Source: Mytilus californianus
Taxonomy: Eukaryota
Reading direction: 5' to 3'
Length of the DNA stretch: 64,000 nt
Assembly (NCBI RefSeq): GCF_021869535.1
Contig: NW_026262582.1
Coordinates: 7,378,001 to 7,442,000 of the forward strand
The notes below the pieces were generated by a model that ran no database searches, was not told the DNA's origin, and was given only the letters and a program-made list of their open reading frames with translations. Positions 63,411 to 64,000 of the stretch are shown here, piece by piece. Both the position numbers and the translations under genes were made by a program. How positions within the stretch are numbered: position 1 is the first letter of the stretch; each line of letters starts with the position of its first letter.

Positions 63411-63602
63411 TGTGTACAGTTTTACCCATCAGATTTCTCTCTCTAATATGGTTTACAAAATATAAGACAACTACTTGCATTTTATCCCTTTATTTAACTT
63501 TAGCCCCTGGCTGCTTTGTTGGTTGATGTTTATATAATTCACAAACTATAATCTATTCTGACGCCATTACAACCAATCGTGCACAGTTTGGTTAATATGG
63601 GT

Positions 63603-63770
63603 ATGACCCTGTAAAGACTAAGTCATGACCCTGTAAAGACTAAGACATGACCCTGTAAAGACTAAGTCATGAGCCTGTAAAGACTAAGTCATGAGCCTGT
63701 AAAGACTAAGTCACGAGCCTGTAAAGACTAAGTCATGAGCCTGTAAAGACTAAGTCACGAGCCTGTAATT
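63603..63770. repeat. 22-bp tandem repeat (~7.5 copies) running into a family A copy (63760-64000)
   Basis: atga(c/g)cctgtaaagactaagtc repeated; the last unit continues as gagcctgtaattcagt, the family A motif. Confidence 0.9.
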
Positions 63771-64000
63771 CAGTACCAGTTGTCATTTGTTGCTGTATAT
63801 CTAGTATTTGTTTTTCTTTATTTGCTATGTACATAAATCAGGCTATAAGTTGTCTTGTTTGAATTGTTACACATTTGTCATGTCAGGGCTTTTTATGGCT
63901 TGCTATGCGGTTTAGGTTTTTGCTCATTGTTGAAGGCTGTACCGTGACCTATAGTTGCTTTTACGTCATTTGGTCTCTGGTGGAAAGTTGCATTATCAGC

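Overview
AT-rich, repeat-dense eukaryotic genomic DNA. The repeat families suggest a bivalve, most likely Mytilus; this is inferred from recalled repeat motifs, not a database hit. Three spliced protein-coding loci can be reconstructed by hand. (1) A copper/TPQ amine oxidase on the minus strand (last two coding exons at 799-4467; the N-terminal exon was not found) with Pro replacing the conserved Asn before the TPQ tyrosine. (2) An intact 4-exon, 936-aa DED + NB-ARC (STAND NTPase) + TPR-like helical protein (29108-34758, minus). (3) An apparently intact 3-exon, 450-aa tyrosine recombinase inside a Crypton-type transposon (~43990-46567) with a ~140-bp terminal palindrome; two non-autonomous relatives lie nearby. 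Also present: an inverted amine-oxidase pseudogene that has lost its active site; a minimal type I hammerhead ribozyme with an intact core plus decayed copies (retrozyme-like repeats); a decayed SGNH-esterase ORF upstream of a PHD-ORF1 LINE remnant; Penelope-like (Naiad-type) RT fragments; tRNA-derived SINEs; several MITEs; a CACTG-ended DNA transposon carrying an 88-bp satellite; and many tandem arrays. Most short ORFs in the supplied track are spurious.
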